The notes: generated by a model from the sequence alone, not told the origin. DNA of 64,000 nt from Tubiluchus corallicola (GCA_030141605.1 JAQGDQ010000002.1:2294001-2358000), one strand, 5' to 3'. Shown: positions 39,081 through 53,100, counted from the stretch's first letter. Numbers and translations: made by a program.

Positions 39081-40608
39081 ATTCAAAATTCAAGCAAGCA
39101 TCTGTCACAGTTCCTTTCTACCAGGTTTACAATGCAAACGATTTTGAGTTTTGGGGACTTGCATAATTACAAAACTAAATTACACAACTGTCAGCAAATA
39201 CTTTTAAACGGCAGAGAAGTACTAGGCACAGCGTGCGTGCACTCGGCACGTGAATTTCCGAACCAAAACCAAAAACTGCGATCTCTAGCAATAGCAGTGA
39301 TCGTGATAGAGTCATAGAGCATGGTTGAACTGGAGAGCAAACAGTGGAGTACTCTATTAAGGCATAATGGTGCAATTCTTTACAATAGATGTTTAGAGCA
39401 GAACACAACGTAACATAACGTAACATAATGTTAATATAACGTAATATAACACCTACAAAAAAATCTAAAAATATGTATAACAAAATTTTACTGTAGGAAT
39501 TTGTGTGTCTTCTACATACAAAAATCTTAAAGTAACACTTCATTATATTAGCATCACAGTTACAGTAATTGCAATTTCATTATTAAATGGTGGGTACAGA
39601 TGTCTTTCAAAATGTGTATTAAGCCATGATATATCCCAAATTTATGTCAAAATTGCTGCGTTTTTCTGCAAATTGTTGACAATTTTTCATAGGAACAAAA
39701 ACCAACATAGCCAAGTACACAATGTATGACAAAACGCAGAAGAAAAACTAGAAATCATGCATGTTGCACATAACGGGTGAAAGGTTCTTTATACAACTTA
39801 AAAAAAACCAGATATTTCACTACACTCCTTAGGTTTACTTTTGCTCACCTCATTCAATGAGGTGGCAGCAAATAAAGATGTGGGCATAACTTCGACTTCA
39901 TAAAGAAAACAATGCCATTAGTTCTCTAGAGAACTGTTTTGTGTAAAGAACCTACAAACAACTAAAATCGTTTTCTACACTGCAATGCATACCAAACCTA
40001 TGCACACAACCTGTGCACACTAGTGCCAGGTTATGTTTGTAATCGACTTTATATCCAAGTGAGTGAATGTATAATATTTGTGTTGGACCAAAGTGTCGAA
40101 TTACTCTTTAAAATTTAATAGTCTAGACACTGGATCTTTGCCAGCATACTACCCAATCTGGATTCACATTTAACCATGTGTGTGGTGTTTGATAGGTAAT
40201 ACATTCGACAGGTGACTGTGATATAACTGGAATCGACATAAGATCTTTATAACATTTATTTTTGCTGCAGCAAATTAAAGCATGTACCAACCACCTACAA
40301 TCTAAACTCGTATTTACAACTGCTATTACTGTTAGTCATACACCACAGGATGGTGTACCCATTCTTTTGAGACTAGCTGGTGTACCAGTGGGTACGGCTC
40401 CCAGCACTGTACCTCTTTGCATACATAATTGTTCTTTAACTACAATCTCGGCTGCATATGAGACAGTGCCAGAGCAGATGGTATAACTAATGTTTTTCCA
40501 TCAAGTGTTTCAGACTTGAATGTCGGTGCACCCAAATTTGTGCCACAAGTACCATTGTTAATTAATCATTGTTAAATAATACTACTACGCCAATAGAAAA
40601 TCAAACAG

Positions 40609-40617
40609 GCGCGCGCA

Positions 40618-40658
<41 letters not shown>
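40609..40658. repeat. (CG)/(CA)n microsatellite upstream of PARP1
   Basis: Read directly: GCGCGCACGCG(CA)~19. Confidence 0.95.
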
Positions 40659-40660
<2 letters not shown>

Positions 40661-41116
40661 TATAAATAACAATCAACCCCGTAATTAATGTCACGTGTGC
40701 AAGCATCCTGTTTAATGTCACATACACTAACATCGTTTTCTCTCCATCTCGTAGTAGAGTTTGTCTCAGAGATATAGGAAAGATAATGTCTCCTTTTCGC
40801 GTCTCTGCTTTGTCTTCATCGTGTGCGAGATTGGGAGAAGCTGTATCATGGATCTTTGATACACACATGTATTGTGGCTTTTTAGATACTGTATAGATCT
40901 GCGGCTGCACAATGAAGTTAATAGATAGGAACAGACGGCACGTACTGTCAAGGTTGTAATTTTTGCAAGCGGGAACACGTGTTATTTTCTTGTTATTTTT
41001 ATGTTTCCTATGTTAATGATTACATTATCTTACCTGTAAAATCCTTGCAATTGTAGTAAAAATTGCATTCAGCATTCCTTGTCAGTAGAGGTCAAAACAG
41101 CAGTTTCTTTCAAATA

Positions 41117-44100
41117 ATGTCTGATGAACTACCGTTTCGCGCCGAGTATGCAAAAAGCAATAGGGCTGCTTGCAAATCCTGCAAGACAAACATAATGAAG
41201 GACAGTCTGCGTTTAGCTGTGATGGTTCAGGTACGTGACATCAATTCTCAGCTTGTCACTTTTGGCAGGCAGGGTGTTTTCTTTTGTTGTTGAAAGTAAA
41301 AGGTTGTGTGTTTACTGTTTAGTAAAACCACAGTTACATCACCAATGCCCACCCTTTCGCAAGTGCGTATTTTAGGAGAGATGTTGAGCGCTCGCTACAT
41401 TGTCAAGCCGGGTTTGAAAATAGACAAAAAGCGCCTGAAATGCGAATTCTGGTCATGTTCCTTTTAATGACCTTGGCTTGAGTGGGCGCTATTACACTTT
41501 CGCACCGCCTAGCTTTTCCTGGCCTATTGCCGTATTGGTTCTTTTCACGCCTACACAGGCCAGAAAGCAGACCAACAGGCGTAATATACACCATATTCCC
41601 ATAATATTATTGCTTTTTACGCTTTATAATTCCAGATTAAAATCATATATTACTTACCGCCGGCATTACGCAAAAAGCTCCAAGTGCATAACTGTGTTTA
41701 CACCACTAATGCGCAATCGCTCTTGCGCAGTGACGATGTGGCCCTTAACATGTATTTTTAGTTTCTTCGCATAATTTATGATTATTAGGGTTGCAGCCAC
41801 AGGACCCAAGCTGGCATATACGAGGAAATTATTTTAGACGACTACAGTTATTTATCATTAATTTTATTTATTACTGTAGTATTATTGCTATTAGATTATA
41901 AAAAAAGTAAAGGTTTTTTCTTTATTTCGTAAATGCGGTGAAGATGAAAGTTCGTCACGTGCTTTTAAGCTAGGCCCTGAAATTCGTCACGTGACTACAC
42001 ACACAAACAAGATGGCAATACTGTGTAGAACTGTGAATACAGCGTAATTATTGGTAATTATACCTAAATATATGATTAAATTACAATTAGATTAGCGGAA
42101 ACATTCACTGATGACGTAAGAATAATAGAATGATGACGTACGAGCCTAAAAACGAGTAATAACCTAGAAAAAGCTAGGCGGTGCGAAAGTGTAATAGCGC
42201 CCCTTGAGTGTGGGCCTGTATTGCCTATTGCCTGTTGGTACTAAAATAAACCTAGACCCTTCTACCAGGTGTGCACAAACACTGCATGTTGTTGTATTAA
42301 CACTGCATACATACATTGAAGCCAGTCACAAAAAAATTGTTTCTGTCTTACCTCATGAGCTCAAAAGATGTCAGCAGAAAGGGAGGAAAATTTGTGAATG
42401 TTTAAAGCTGAATCGTGGAATATTTAAAATCAACCATAATCAAAGTTTGTTTATTTCCCACTGGCTAGCAGTAATGTTTTAAATTTTTTCAATGCACATT
42501 TTTTCTTGCTTTGTTTTTTAGTTTCATATTACTAAATGATTGTATAATTATCGATTAATGTATAGTCTCTTTTTTGTAACATGAACGTACCAATGTTCTG
42601 ATAATTATGGTATAAGCTTCAACACTGCTTGGCTTTAAATACACTGATTTGGCGGAAAATTCGATACTTTTTAACCTCCAATACAATGAGCATCTTACAA
42701 TACGGTAACCCTTGCTGAAAGTTATGCATGGAAAAACATGGTCCCTGAAAGAACGATGTTATAATAATTATTGCATTTTGCATTTTGAATTAAAAAAATA
42801 CGTTTTTGTATAACTGTGTCAAGCACAAGTATATGAACATACAAAAAAATTGTAAAATTTCCGACTGGGTGTGCGATAAAAAATATTATCCGGGCAATTA
42901 GACAGAAACAGAAATATTTTTATTGTAGACCTGACTTCGTGTGACTTGATGTATTAAACAAATATTGTATACATTTATTTAGTCTCGTCTTAGTTACTCA
43001 AAAAATTAATACACTGATCGTATACTAAAATATTGACTTCAGCGATTCTGGAGATTTTGGTTTTTTATATGGTAGGGATGATTTCAGTTAAAGTCGTGAT
43101 GCATGCTAAAATTCAAAACTAAAATTTGATGAGTAGGCCACAAAAAAGGCAAAAATAAATTTCTAAACAATTTCCATTCATTTAATTATATGACTGGAAT
43201 AATATTTACTGTATTAGTTTATCAGTTCCTAGTTTTCTAGTGAAAGTGTTTGCCCATTTCTAGTGCAAATACAGTAGATTACGTTGTAATTCCAACAATG
43301 AAAAATTATGAGAAATGTCTCGCTCCCAAGTGAGCCAGTGCCCAATTTTCCTGCACTCAAACAGCTGTGCCCAAATGTCCTGTCCTCCTCCTTAATGATA
43401 ACTAATTAATAAATGTAAGTTTTTATATGTTTTTTTGCAGTGTTGATATGTTTATGTTATTTCTGTTACTAATTATTGCTGTTTTATTTTCATGGCATGT
43501 GCTGACGCTGTTGTCTTTGTATCCTTAGTCACCACACTTTGACGGAAAGGTAAAATTTAGATTTATCAACTATGTTCAATTTTACATCTTGTATTGAATT
43601 CTAAATTCCCACACTTTCCTCATTTGGAAATTGAACCATCTGACAATTTATGAATATTTGCTTAAATGTTTTCTTCTTCTAAACTGAACATGTATGTTCA
43701 CAGTTGAACTAGTATTCATCATGTGGCTGATATGGCATTAACAAATATTAAGTGTCCACTCTGTGTAACTTTAAATATTTTGTCATTGTGATGTTGTTTC
43801 AGCAACCAAATTGGTTTCACTATAGTTGTTTTTGGGGTAAGAAGAAGCCAAGGCAAGTAGCTTCACACACTGACATTGCACACTTCGACTCGCTTCGCTG
43901 GGAAGATCAGCAGAAAATAAAAGATAAAATTAAGGGTATCAATAATTCTGTTATTAATAAAGACTGTCATTAGGCTAGAATAATGCAAATATTGATCATA
44001 GGAGATAACAATTGTTGGCAGAATGGTAACATTGTAAAAGTATTTGTAAATCATTTTTTAATGAAAATTATTAAAAAAGATTTTAGCAATAATAGCACAG

Positions 44101-47100
44101 CAGTGGTTTCTTTGTGTAATTTTTGGGGTTACTCAATCCTAGGTAAGGTCTAAGGGGGCCAAGTTGAAATTTCATTTTGAGGATTTGTGAACTTGTTGCC
44201 TGTTTGAATAGGTGTTGGTAATATGTTGAACAGTTTCTCCTATAAAAATATTTCTAGAACTTTGACATTGCCTCCAGATTTTGTTTCTTACTATAACAAA
44301 TTCTTAGCCTGAAATTTTTATTTTTTCATTACATTTTGTTGTATATGCACCTTATATTTTATTTATTTATGCTTACATGACTGAGAAGCACATAGTGTTC
44401 CAACGAATTATATGTTAATTTCATTTTTTATAATTAAGTTAATCAATATTATATATCTGCTTTATTATGATGATTAGTATAATTGTTCTGTATAAATTCA
44501 TCTTTTTATTTGTTGAGGAATTGATACAGGAGAAACAGCTAACAATGGCGCAGGTGAAGAGGATGCACTTTCCGTCACTGCTGAAGATTTTAAGGTTGAG
44601 TATTCAAAGTCTAGTCGTGCCAAGTGTCGACAGTGTGATGATAAAATTACAAAGGTATGTTGTTACGACATTAAATGCACAGTTGCAGCTGCCTGATTTA
44701 ACAATTATAAACAAATATATATGCTACTGCAATAGATTCGCATTTGAGATTTTAAATGGCAAGTGCGTTTATGACCAAATTAGAATATAGACCTGTTTCC
44801 TGCATGGTTTAGTGATTTTTATGGACTTCTAAAGAGCAAATAGACAAATTTGTGTCCTGCACACTAACTAACTTTAAAACACTTGATTTAAAGTAATAAA
44901 AAAGATACCAGCTGCACAAGCCACAGTAAAGAAATTTTTACTTGGACTTTGAACATTGGTATTATTTTGTTGGAGCAGTATAACTTAACATTTGGTCTTT
45001 TGTAGGGTTGTGTTCGCATTTCGAAGCTAGAAGCTTCTGGATTTAGAGGGCAACCTCAGGACCTTTGGCATCACATGGACTGCTTTGTTGAAACAAGGGA
45101 TAAATTGGGTTTCAACTTTGATGCTGACAGGTAAGGTCCTGTTAGTCACGGGATACCATATATTTTATTACTGAAGTGCATCAGTGTGTTTTGTTATATA
45201 GAGTTTTAAAAATTAACTAGGGTTACGATAAGATATAATAATTGGTTTCCAGGCACTAGCTGTTTACTATGTTTACTGCTACGTAACTTAGCTGGTTGCA
45301 GGAAATAAAAACAAAAAATGCTGCCTTTGCGTGGTGCAGTAGGTATATGTTTTCATTTACATGACATTTCATATACACTTGTGCTATTTTAAGGAATGCG
45401 TATTACCTAATTATTAATGTGATGTGTTGCTATAGGTTGGATACAGCTGTGCAGTTGTATACAATATGGTATACCTTTCAAAAATAAACTGTTCTTACCA
45501 TTTTGTTCCTAATAAAATGTAAAAGAAAAAAATTACTCTTTTGCTGTGAAAAAACACTGAGAACTAAATTTAAGTGTTGAGTACCAATTTTTCTCATTTT
45601 TGTAGCCCAGTTCAACAATTTTCAGCTATTGAAACTCTCGTACTGAACTTTTTTAGTTTGGGTGGATTTGCCAAATTGAAATCCGAAGATCAGCAGATGT
45701 TGATGGAAAAACTAGGAAAAGGTGATGGCAAAAGAAAAAAGCCTAAAAAAGAGGATCGCCCTGCTTCAAGTACTAAGCTAGTAGAAAAAGTAACCGTAAC
45801 CGAAGAAGAAAAAAAGCTAGAAGTAATTATATAATAACAAATTATATAGGCGTATTATAAAAAATTTGGATATGGAATAAAAGCTAATTATTTTTTTGTA
45901 GATTAAAATTTATTCAGTACAAAAGTTTATTTTCTTAAAACTTTAGGTTGTGTACAGTTACACATACTGAATCTCATGAATAGGTGAATCACATCGAAGC
46001 AATCAACATTCTTGCACATTTTATTCTATTTTTGTTTTTAGTCATCCTGATCTTTTGTCACTAACAATGTCTATTGACAATGTCTTTTACACTATTTTTG
46101 TAAAAGTTTTCACTCAAAGTCTTCAACGACTCGAAATTCCAGTCTCAGGTAACTGAAGAAATCGTTAGCATTTTACAAACTATCTGAATCAAAATTTCAT
46201 TCAATTAAAATTGAGTTTGAGTGCTCGTCAGTGTCTACAAAAGAACTACAAAAGAGTTTCCTCTTTAATTGTTACATTTATTGCTAAAATTTAAAATGCA
46301 AATGTTATTACAATTTATTTTCATGGTCATTTGTTTAGCTAATGTTTTCTGTTTCTTGCTGCTGTTTACTGTTTATTTTGATCATGTTTTTAGGTTTTCT
46401 GATCTGAAAATTGAAATGAAAGCGTTTTAGTAGAACGTATTTGTAGCTGTATTTGCTATTGCCAACATGGCTTTGTGTAGTACTTTTTACTTGCAGTCCA
46501 AGTGCATTGTGTTTGTTATAGGCTCAGAGCAAGTTGTTGTGGGAAATGCGTGATAAACTAAATACTTTAGCAAAAAAACATTTATCAGAGTTGTTAGAGT
46601 ACAATCGGCAGAAGATACCAGCTGGCGAATCCAGAATTCTTGACCTACTTTCAGACTGCATGACATTTGGTGTCTTGCAAAATTGTCCTGAATGTGGAAC
46701 AGGTCAGCTTGTTGTTAGGTAGGTCATGAATTTCACTCAAATTGTGATCATTGCAAGAACTAATTGCATTAAAACATTTACACAGTACAGAACTATTTTC
46801 ACATGTACCTACACGCTGAAAAACGTGCTGAATACATACTAAGTCTAGGATGCAAATGGCAGTCTAAGTTGTTAAAAACTATCAGCTATTATCAAAGCAT
46901 TTTGCTGTAATTCAGCAAAAAGAGTCTAAAAAGGCTAAACTTCAGGTATACTTACCCTTTTAAGTATCAATACCCATGTTTTAAGCGTAGAGAATGTGAT
47001 GAGCATGTTTTGGCAGGTATTAGTTTCCCTGTGGTCACTACCATCATTTTCAAAAATTATTGACTGATTAACAACAGCCTTAACAATTTTAACTTCTTTG

Positions 47101-50100
47101 GTTTTCTTTTCTAGTACGTATAGTATTTTTTGCCAGTATTAGTCTTTTTAGAAAAATGCATTTTCATTTTTGCATCATTCAAGTTTTTGAATGCCCCATG
47201 CATAAGTTGCGCAAAAATTATTAGTTTGACCCAGTACGCATACTATCATGTGCCTTTGGGCAAATTATATGGGCCTATACTAGGCGTGCATAGACTAGTG
47301 GATCCCGTGCCATCTACCTATGTCTTCACGAGCAACTAATATACTAATATGTGGAGGGCCAATGTGACAACCACACAAGGAAATGTGACACATGGCGTAG
47401 GAGATTCAAACAAAATAGCAGCAGGAACTTACAGCTGATTGATATATTAGCTGACAACATAAAATTGGTAGCAGTCATATAACTTATGCTAATGTTATTC
47501 AGGCATGGGCAATTATGGTTTATTTTTGTTCATATAGTGGCGATGGTTACCACTGTACAGGTAATGTGTCTGGTTGGACAAAATGTATCTATATGACAAA
47601 AGAACCTAAACGCAAGCCGTTTGTAATTCCTGAAGAATTTAAGGATATTTCTTTTTTGTAAGTATATTTTTATTATTTTCTGAGGCGAAGCTTGTAGCAT
47701 GTTGTTGCAGTAGTGGTTGTTTTAACCATAAATAAAAGGCTAAATGATTGAAGTATGGTTTTATTCCAATTTTAAAGCTGTACTATTCAAGTGACGAATA
47801 CGACGATTACAAGTTGAGGTGCGCTGCTTAAAAAGAACACCCGAACCACAGTACCAATGATAACAGACATAGATGTTGGTTACGTATTCAACACTATAAA
47901 AGTGGTTTCTGTCATTAAGAAACTTTTCTGAAATTATTTTCCTGATTTGTACTTTGCTTGGTGGAAGGTACAATACACACATACTTATAATTCATTGAGT
48001 TGAAAATTAAAGTTAAACCTACTTGTTTTTTATTTCAGAAAATATCCATTAAAACTAAAATGTGTAATTTTTTAAATTAAGAGATTGATATTTAGACACT
48101 GCTTGCATGATACTGATGTTATTTGTTATACATTTGTTTTCTTTTTGCATAATGACAAAAATTTGTTTTTAGAGCTGGGTATAAGTATAGAGCACGGAAA
48201 CGAATATTTCCTTCAGACCCGGCTGTTTCTCATGGAAAGCCTCTCAAGGGCATGAAATTTGTCCTGGTACGTTGTGAATTTAATATCTCTTAATAATATT
48301 AAGGTTTTGTATGTTTGCTGTTTTGCCTGCCCAGCTTTTGGCATGATGTCTGCTAGGATGTGTGTGAGAACCAGGGATGTGCCACTCCAATAAATAATCG
48401 ACAATCGGCAAGCAAACTTGCATATTGGAACAGATCTATCCGGTATATTTTAATGTCGGCAATAAATGACCTAGTGATGTGCAGTTAAGTGAAAATAAAT
48501 CGAAATTCAAGTTAATTTATGTGACAGCTAACCAAACTATGTGAAAAAATGACAAATCAGCTACCTGTCAGTAGATCGCTTTTATTTTTTCTAAGGCACT
48601 GTGAGGCGCTAGCCTGCATTTACGATTTCATGCTAATCCCTTAAAAATAAAATTAACCGTTGCAAATTTCGAATTACTCTATTCATGAACCTAGAAGTAA
48701 ACAAATAACATGCAGTTGCAGCAGCCAAGCAAAATGACCTTGAGCAAACACTATCCATGCACAAACTTACTGGCTGGGAAACATTTGGAATCTGCTTATA
48801 CTCTGTTGGCTCATATCTGTTAACTTTGGGAAGTTAGTATTATCTTTTAGCATATTACCAAGAACGAAATTAATTGCTGGTTTAGCTACCATTGCAAATA
48901 CTAACTCTATTAGAAAAACAATAAACCTAGTTTTGTAGAGTAATTTATGCACACATACACCTAGGCTACTTTCAACTTTATCTGTGACTGGCCATAAGTA
49001 GAAATACTGCTGAACTTTGGGAATCCATATCACAATTTCTTGGTGCCCTACTTTCTACTCAAATGTACAGTTAAGCAGTTCTTCTGTTAACAGCCTTAAA
49101 TATTGTGTAAGGAATTCAAATAACAAATACTTGCAGTTAATAATAATAAACACTTGCAGTCTTTAATATCTCCAAAAAATTTTCATTATTTAATTTTGAT
49201 TTCATACAGTCACAACAATAGCCGTAGCAAAAATTGTAATGCCGTCATATCTGATCAGGTCTGAGATCGGGTTCGATCGGATTGGTTTGTAGGTAAAAAT
49301 AATCAGATCACAGGTTTCGATATTGTTACATCCCTCGTAAGAATACTGCAGGAGTTTTGAGGCAATTTCTGATAATGATGGGATTTTAAAAATTCACTTA
49401 GGCTGTTAAACCTTTAGTGTCGTATTTGATAGGTGGGAAAGAATCTCAGTAAATCAAAAGATCAGTTGAAGAAAGCTGTAGAATATCTGAGTGGAAAAGT
49501 AGTCACACAGGTGGAGCCAGCTGTTACCTGCTGCATTAGTACAAAAGGTATATATAACTTTTGCTTTAGTGGGTTTGTTATTTTATACAGTTTTGTATTA
49601 ATATAATCGTTTTGTTTTTATTTTTAGTCTTATGCATAGGCATTTAGGTATTTTGGAATTTAATTTGTGCAGTTTTTATTTTTATATTTATATTTAAAAG
49701 TTAAATATATTTTTACCAGTTAAGTGCTCCTGTTTAGCTGACATCAAACTGTTCAGTCGTATCTACAATTTCAAACTGAAAGTTACCCTGTAATATTTTA
49801 ATAGCTGCAAACACTCGTAAAGAATGCTCGTTCTCAACTCATTTTCTTGTAATAAACTTTCTTTGCAGAAATACCTCTGTGCTATATTGGTAGGAGTGCT
49901 CAATAGAAGATTCAGAAAGTTATTTCTAATACTTACAGCGTTTACTTTTCATGTGCAGTTTCTGAATTAAATTTTCTATGTTGTAGTAACCATTGAAACG
50001 ATATTCATATCTAGTGCGACTGGTTTTGAAATGCCTATTATAACCTGTACAGATGATGTAACAAACATGGTTAAGAAAATTGAGGAAGCAAAAGCAGCCA

Positions 50101-53100
50101 ATGTCACGGTTGTGTCAGAAGGATTTGTTGATGACTGTAAACTTAACGGAGACATTGTTGCAGCTATTAAGAAGTACAAGATTTGCAACTGGGGTCCTGA
50201 GGTAATCCTTTTATTTGATTATGGCTGATTATATTTGAATTCTCTGACAGTAATTGTTTACCGTGTCTGGCAGGCGATAACTTGTTGGTGCACTCACATG
50301 GATTACCGATTTTTGAAGTATGATAAGATATTCTTCTTTTTTCTCTCTCTAATTAAGAAGTTTTTTGTTAGTGTATGCTTTGCTTGTATGTGGATGTGTA
50401 ATGCATATGCACTATAAATCGACCCTTGAAAGTATATTTTGCTACTGTGTGATGAGCTTCTTTAATTTATTGACTATTTGAAACAATAATAATACTAAGT
50501 CTCTATATCAGTTTAAAGAAATGACTAAGTCTTGAATAATTCATTATCATTTCTCACAATTCAAATTTTAATTTATGTGACCTATTTAATGGTACTTACC
50601 TTTTTGCTTTGCTGTGTGAAGTTTTTATTGATTTATTTCCAGGCAGAAACACTTGTGAAAGAAGAAAAGCCAGATGCTGTGCAGATTAAATCTACTGCGA
50701 TGAAAGCAAAGAAATCGTCAACAGAGGGTATTAACTTTTCACGTTATTTATATAAACATAATTACATAGGCATGTCATATAAAGTACAAACTGACTGTCA
50801 ATTAGTTCACCATTCTTAAATAGGAATCTTAAACATCCTCAGTGTTAGGTAAGTTCATGTTTGTATTGTTTTTTGCCTCTTATTTTGCTTTGCATTATAA
50901 TGTCATTATCCTTTGTCATTATCCTTGTGTATTGCATTCTTTTGGTGCGTTTGTGAAAAATGCTGTACTTTGTCAGCAGCTGGCAAAATTTTGACGCTTT
51001 TTTGTCCTTTTTGCCGACCATTTTGTGCGTGAGCCATATATTGAGATTTTTGTGGTGTGTCTATACATTTGTACTTCATAGATGGGATTTGTCAGATGCA
51101 TGGCAAATGTAGAGATTTAACATTTGCTGTCACTTCAGGTCCCAATATTAGTTTTGCTCTCTGATGACTGCCGTGTAACAGATCCAGCTGCAGACAGATA
51201 CGGGGCATACAATTCTTTTGCGTGTGAAATCAATTTTCTCTAATTTGTGGCCTTTTGTGCATTTTTGTAATATAGATAAGTTTTTAACATTTTATACATC
51301 AAACTATTAGTTTATACAAAAAAATATACACGCTAATTTTCAACTTAGCTTTATTAGAATAGTCACAGAAATTCAGGAGCTGATTCTTTTTAATCTCAAA
51401 TTTTTTATAAAAAGTGCTGCAATTTTTTGTTTCGCAGTCTTCACTATCAGTATTAACAGTTAACTTAATTATAGATATTGGTTAAAGCAGCTGCTGTAAA
51501 ATTATCATTATATTAATGTGCACTGCAAGAGGTTTTGTTAGAAAAGAAGTTATTTCAAAGTGTGACATTCATCATAAACATTTTTATTTACTTATAACTT
51601 TTTTCATATTTACATTTCTTTCATTTTTTTATTTTTAGAAAGGACGTACACTAAGTCAGTCCCTGACACCATGAAAATGCAGGTTAAAGGAGGTGCAGCT
51701 GTTGATCCAGACTCGGGTAAGCATGTGTGGAAATTTGTTATTTAAACAGACAAGGCTGGCTATTTCATAGATTGATGAGTCACAATTTAATTTCTGTTGT
51801 AAAGATGATTTTAGATTCATTTGCTTAACTGATTTTTAGCTAGTTAACATAAATTTGTTATAATTATATAGCTTAATTGTGTTGTTATGAATTTTGTATT
51901 TTTCGAAAGAAAGCTTTTTTTACGAAACTAGGCTTTAGCAAACAAATACTTGGAATTTGTTATATCTAAAAGTATCATAATGTTGGTTAGAGATGTCACA
52001 AAGCTCCTTCACAACTGGAGCTTCGAAACCAAATCCATATAGGAGCTTTGATTTGATTCAATTAGCTGAAGTTCTTCGTTAATTTAGATCCAACCCGATT
52101 TGGCAGTTTTTGAAAAAATTATGTTAAGCTTCGGTATTACAAAAGCAATTACACACTCTTGTACCTTTATTTTTTGGCAAAATTTCTTAAATTGCTGCCT
52201 GTTTTGATATTGTGTCCTAATGAAATATGCAAATATCAGCATATTCAGTTTCAGTATTTGACCAGCTCATGAAATTCTACGCAAAAGCTTCCACCACATT
52301 ATGATTTTAACTGCTAGTTTCAACACAAATGCAAAGATTTTTTTGTATTACTTTAGCAGAACTAAATCATGGTTTTTGTCATTGCAGAATTACTGTCATT
52401 CGTGCTCCTCACTGCTCAGACAGGTTGTCTGCGATCTTTTTCTCGTGAAAATCACTGCTGTCTTATCAATCTGTAATTTCCTTAAAATTACGTAGAAGAC
52501 TCGGTTTAAAAAATGCCTAAAACAAGTTTCGAAATTCGATTTAGTTTCAAAAATTATTTTTAATTGAAATTCATGTTTGAACAGGATTCGAAAATAATTT
52601 TAAACTGAGATTCGGATTTGACCCAGACTTGAAAACCATTACAAAATGAGATTCGGTAACTTCAAATTCGTGACATTGCTAGTGTTGACTGATATTCGAA
52701 TTTTTATGTTTATTTCCAAAAAATGCGAGAGTCGTGTGTGTTAGCAAAGCAAGAATTCATATAAGCATTTAGTTATAGTTACTTTTAATTCATTAGCAGT
52801 TGTGTCTCTAATCTCATTATCTTCAGTCATGTTCTTAGACGATTATTTTCATCCTGACATTTCTACTAATTGTTACCTTCTGCAGTCTCACACATCTTTG
52901 TGTGGCTGTTGCCTAATTTAACCCAGCAACAGACATTGCATGATAACTTGACATTAATGTTGAGTTTATTTCATTAATCCTTTTCTTAGGTTTACAAAGC
53001 AAAGCTCATATTATTAAACATCTGGGGAAACCCTTAGCAGCTGTTATGCAACTAGTGGATTCTGTTAAAAATGTCAACTCTTACTATAAACTGCAAGTGC

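Noticed and set aside
43310-43390. GCCCAAATGTCC-type short repeats, with similar motifs near 26420-26470 and 40520-40545
   Set aside because: Probably ends of an old dispersed element, but no boundaries or TSD could be defined.
48372-49337. Possible nested hAT-like MITEs (CAGGGATGT...ACATCCCT)
   Set aside because: Only ~8 bp of terminal match and no convincing TSD.
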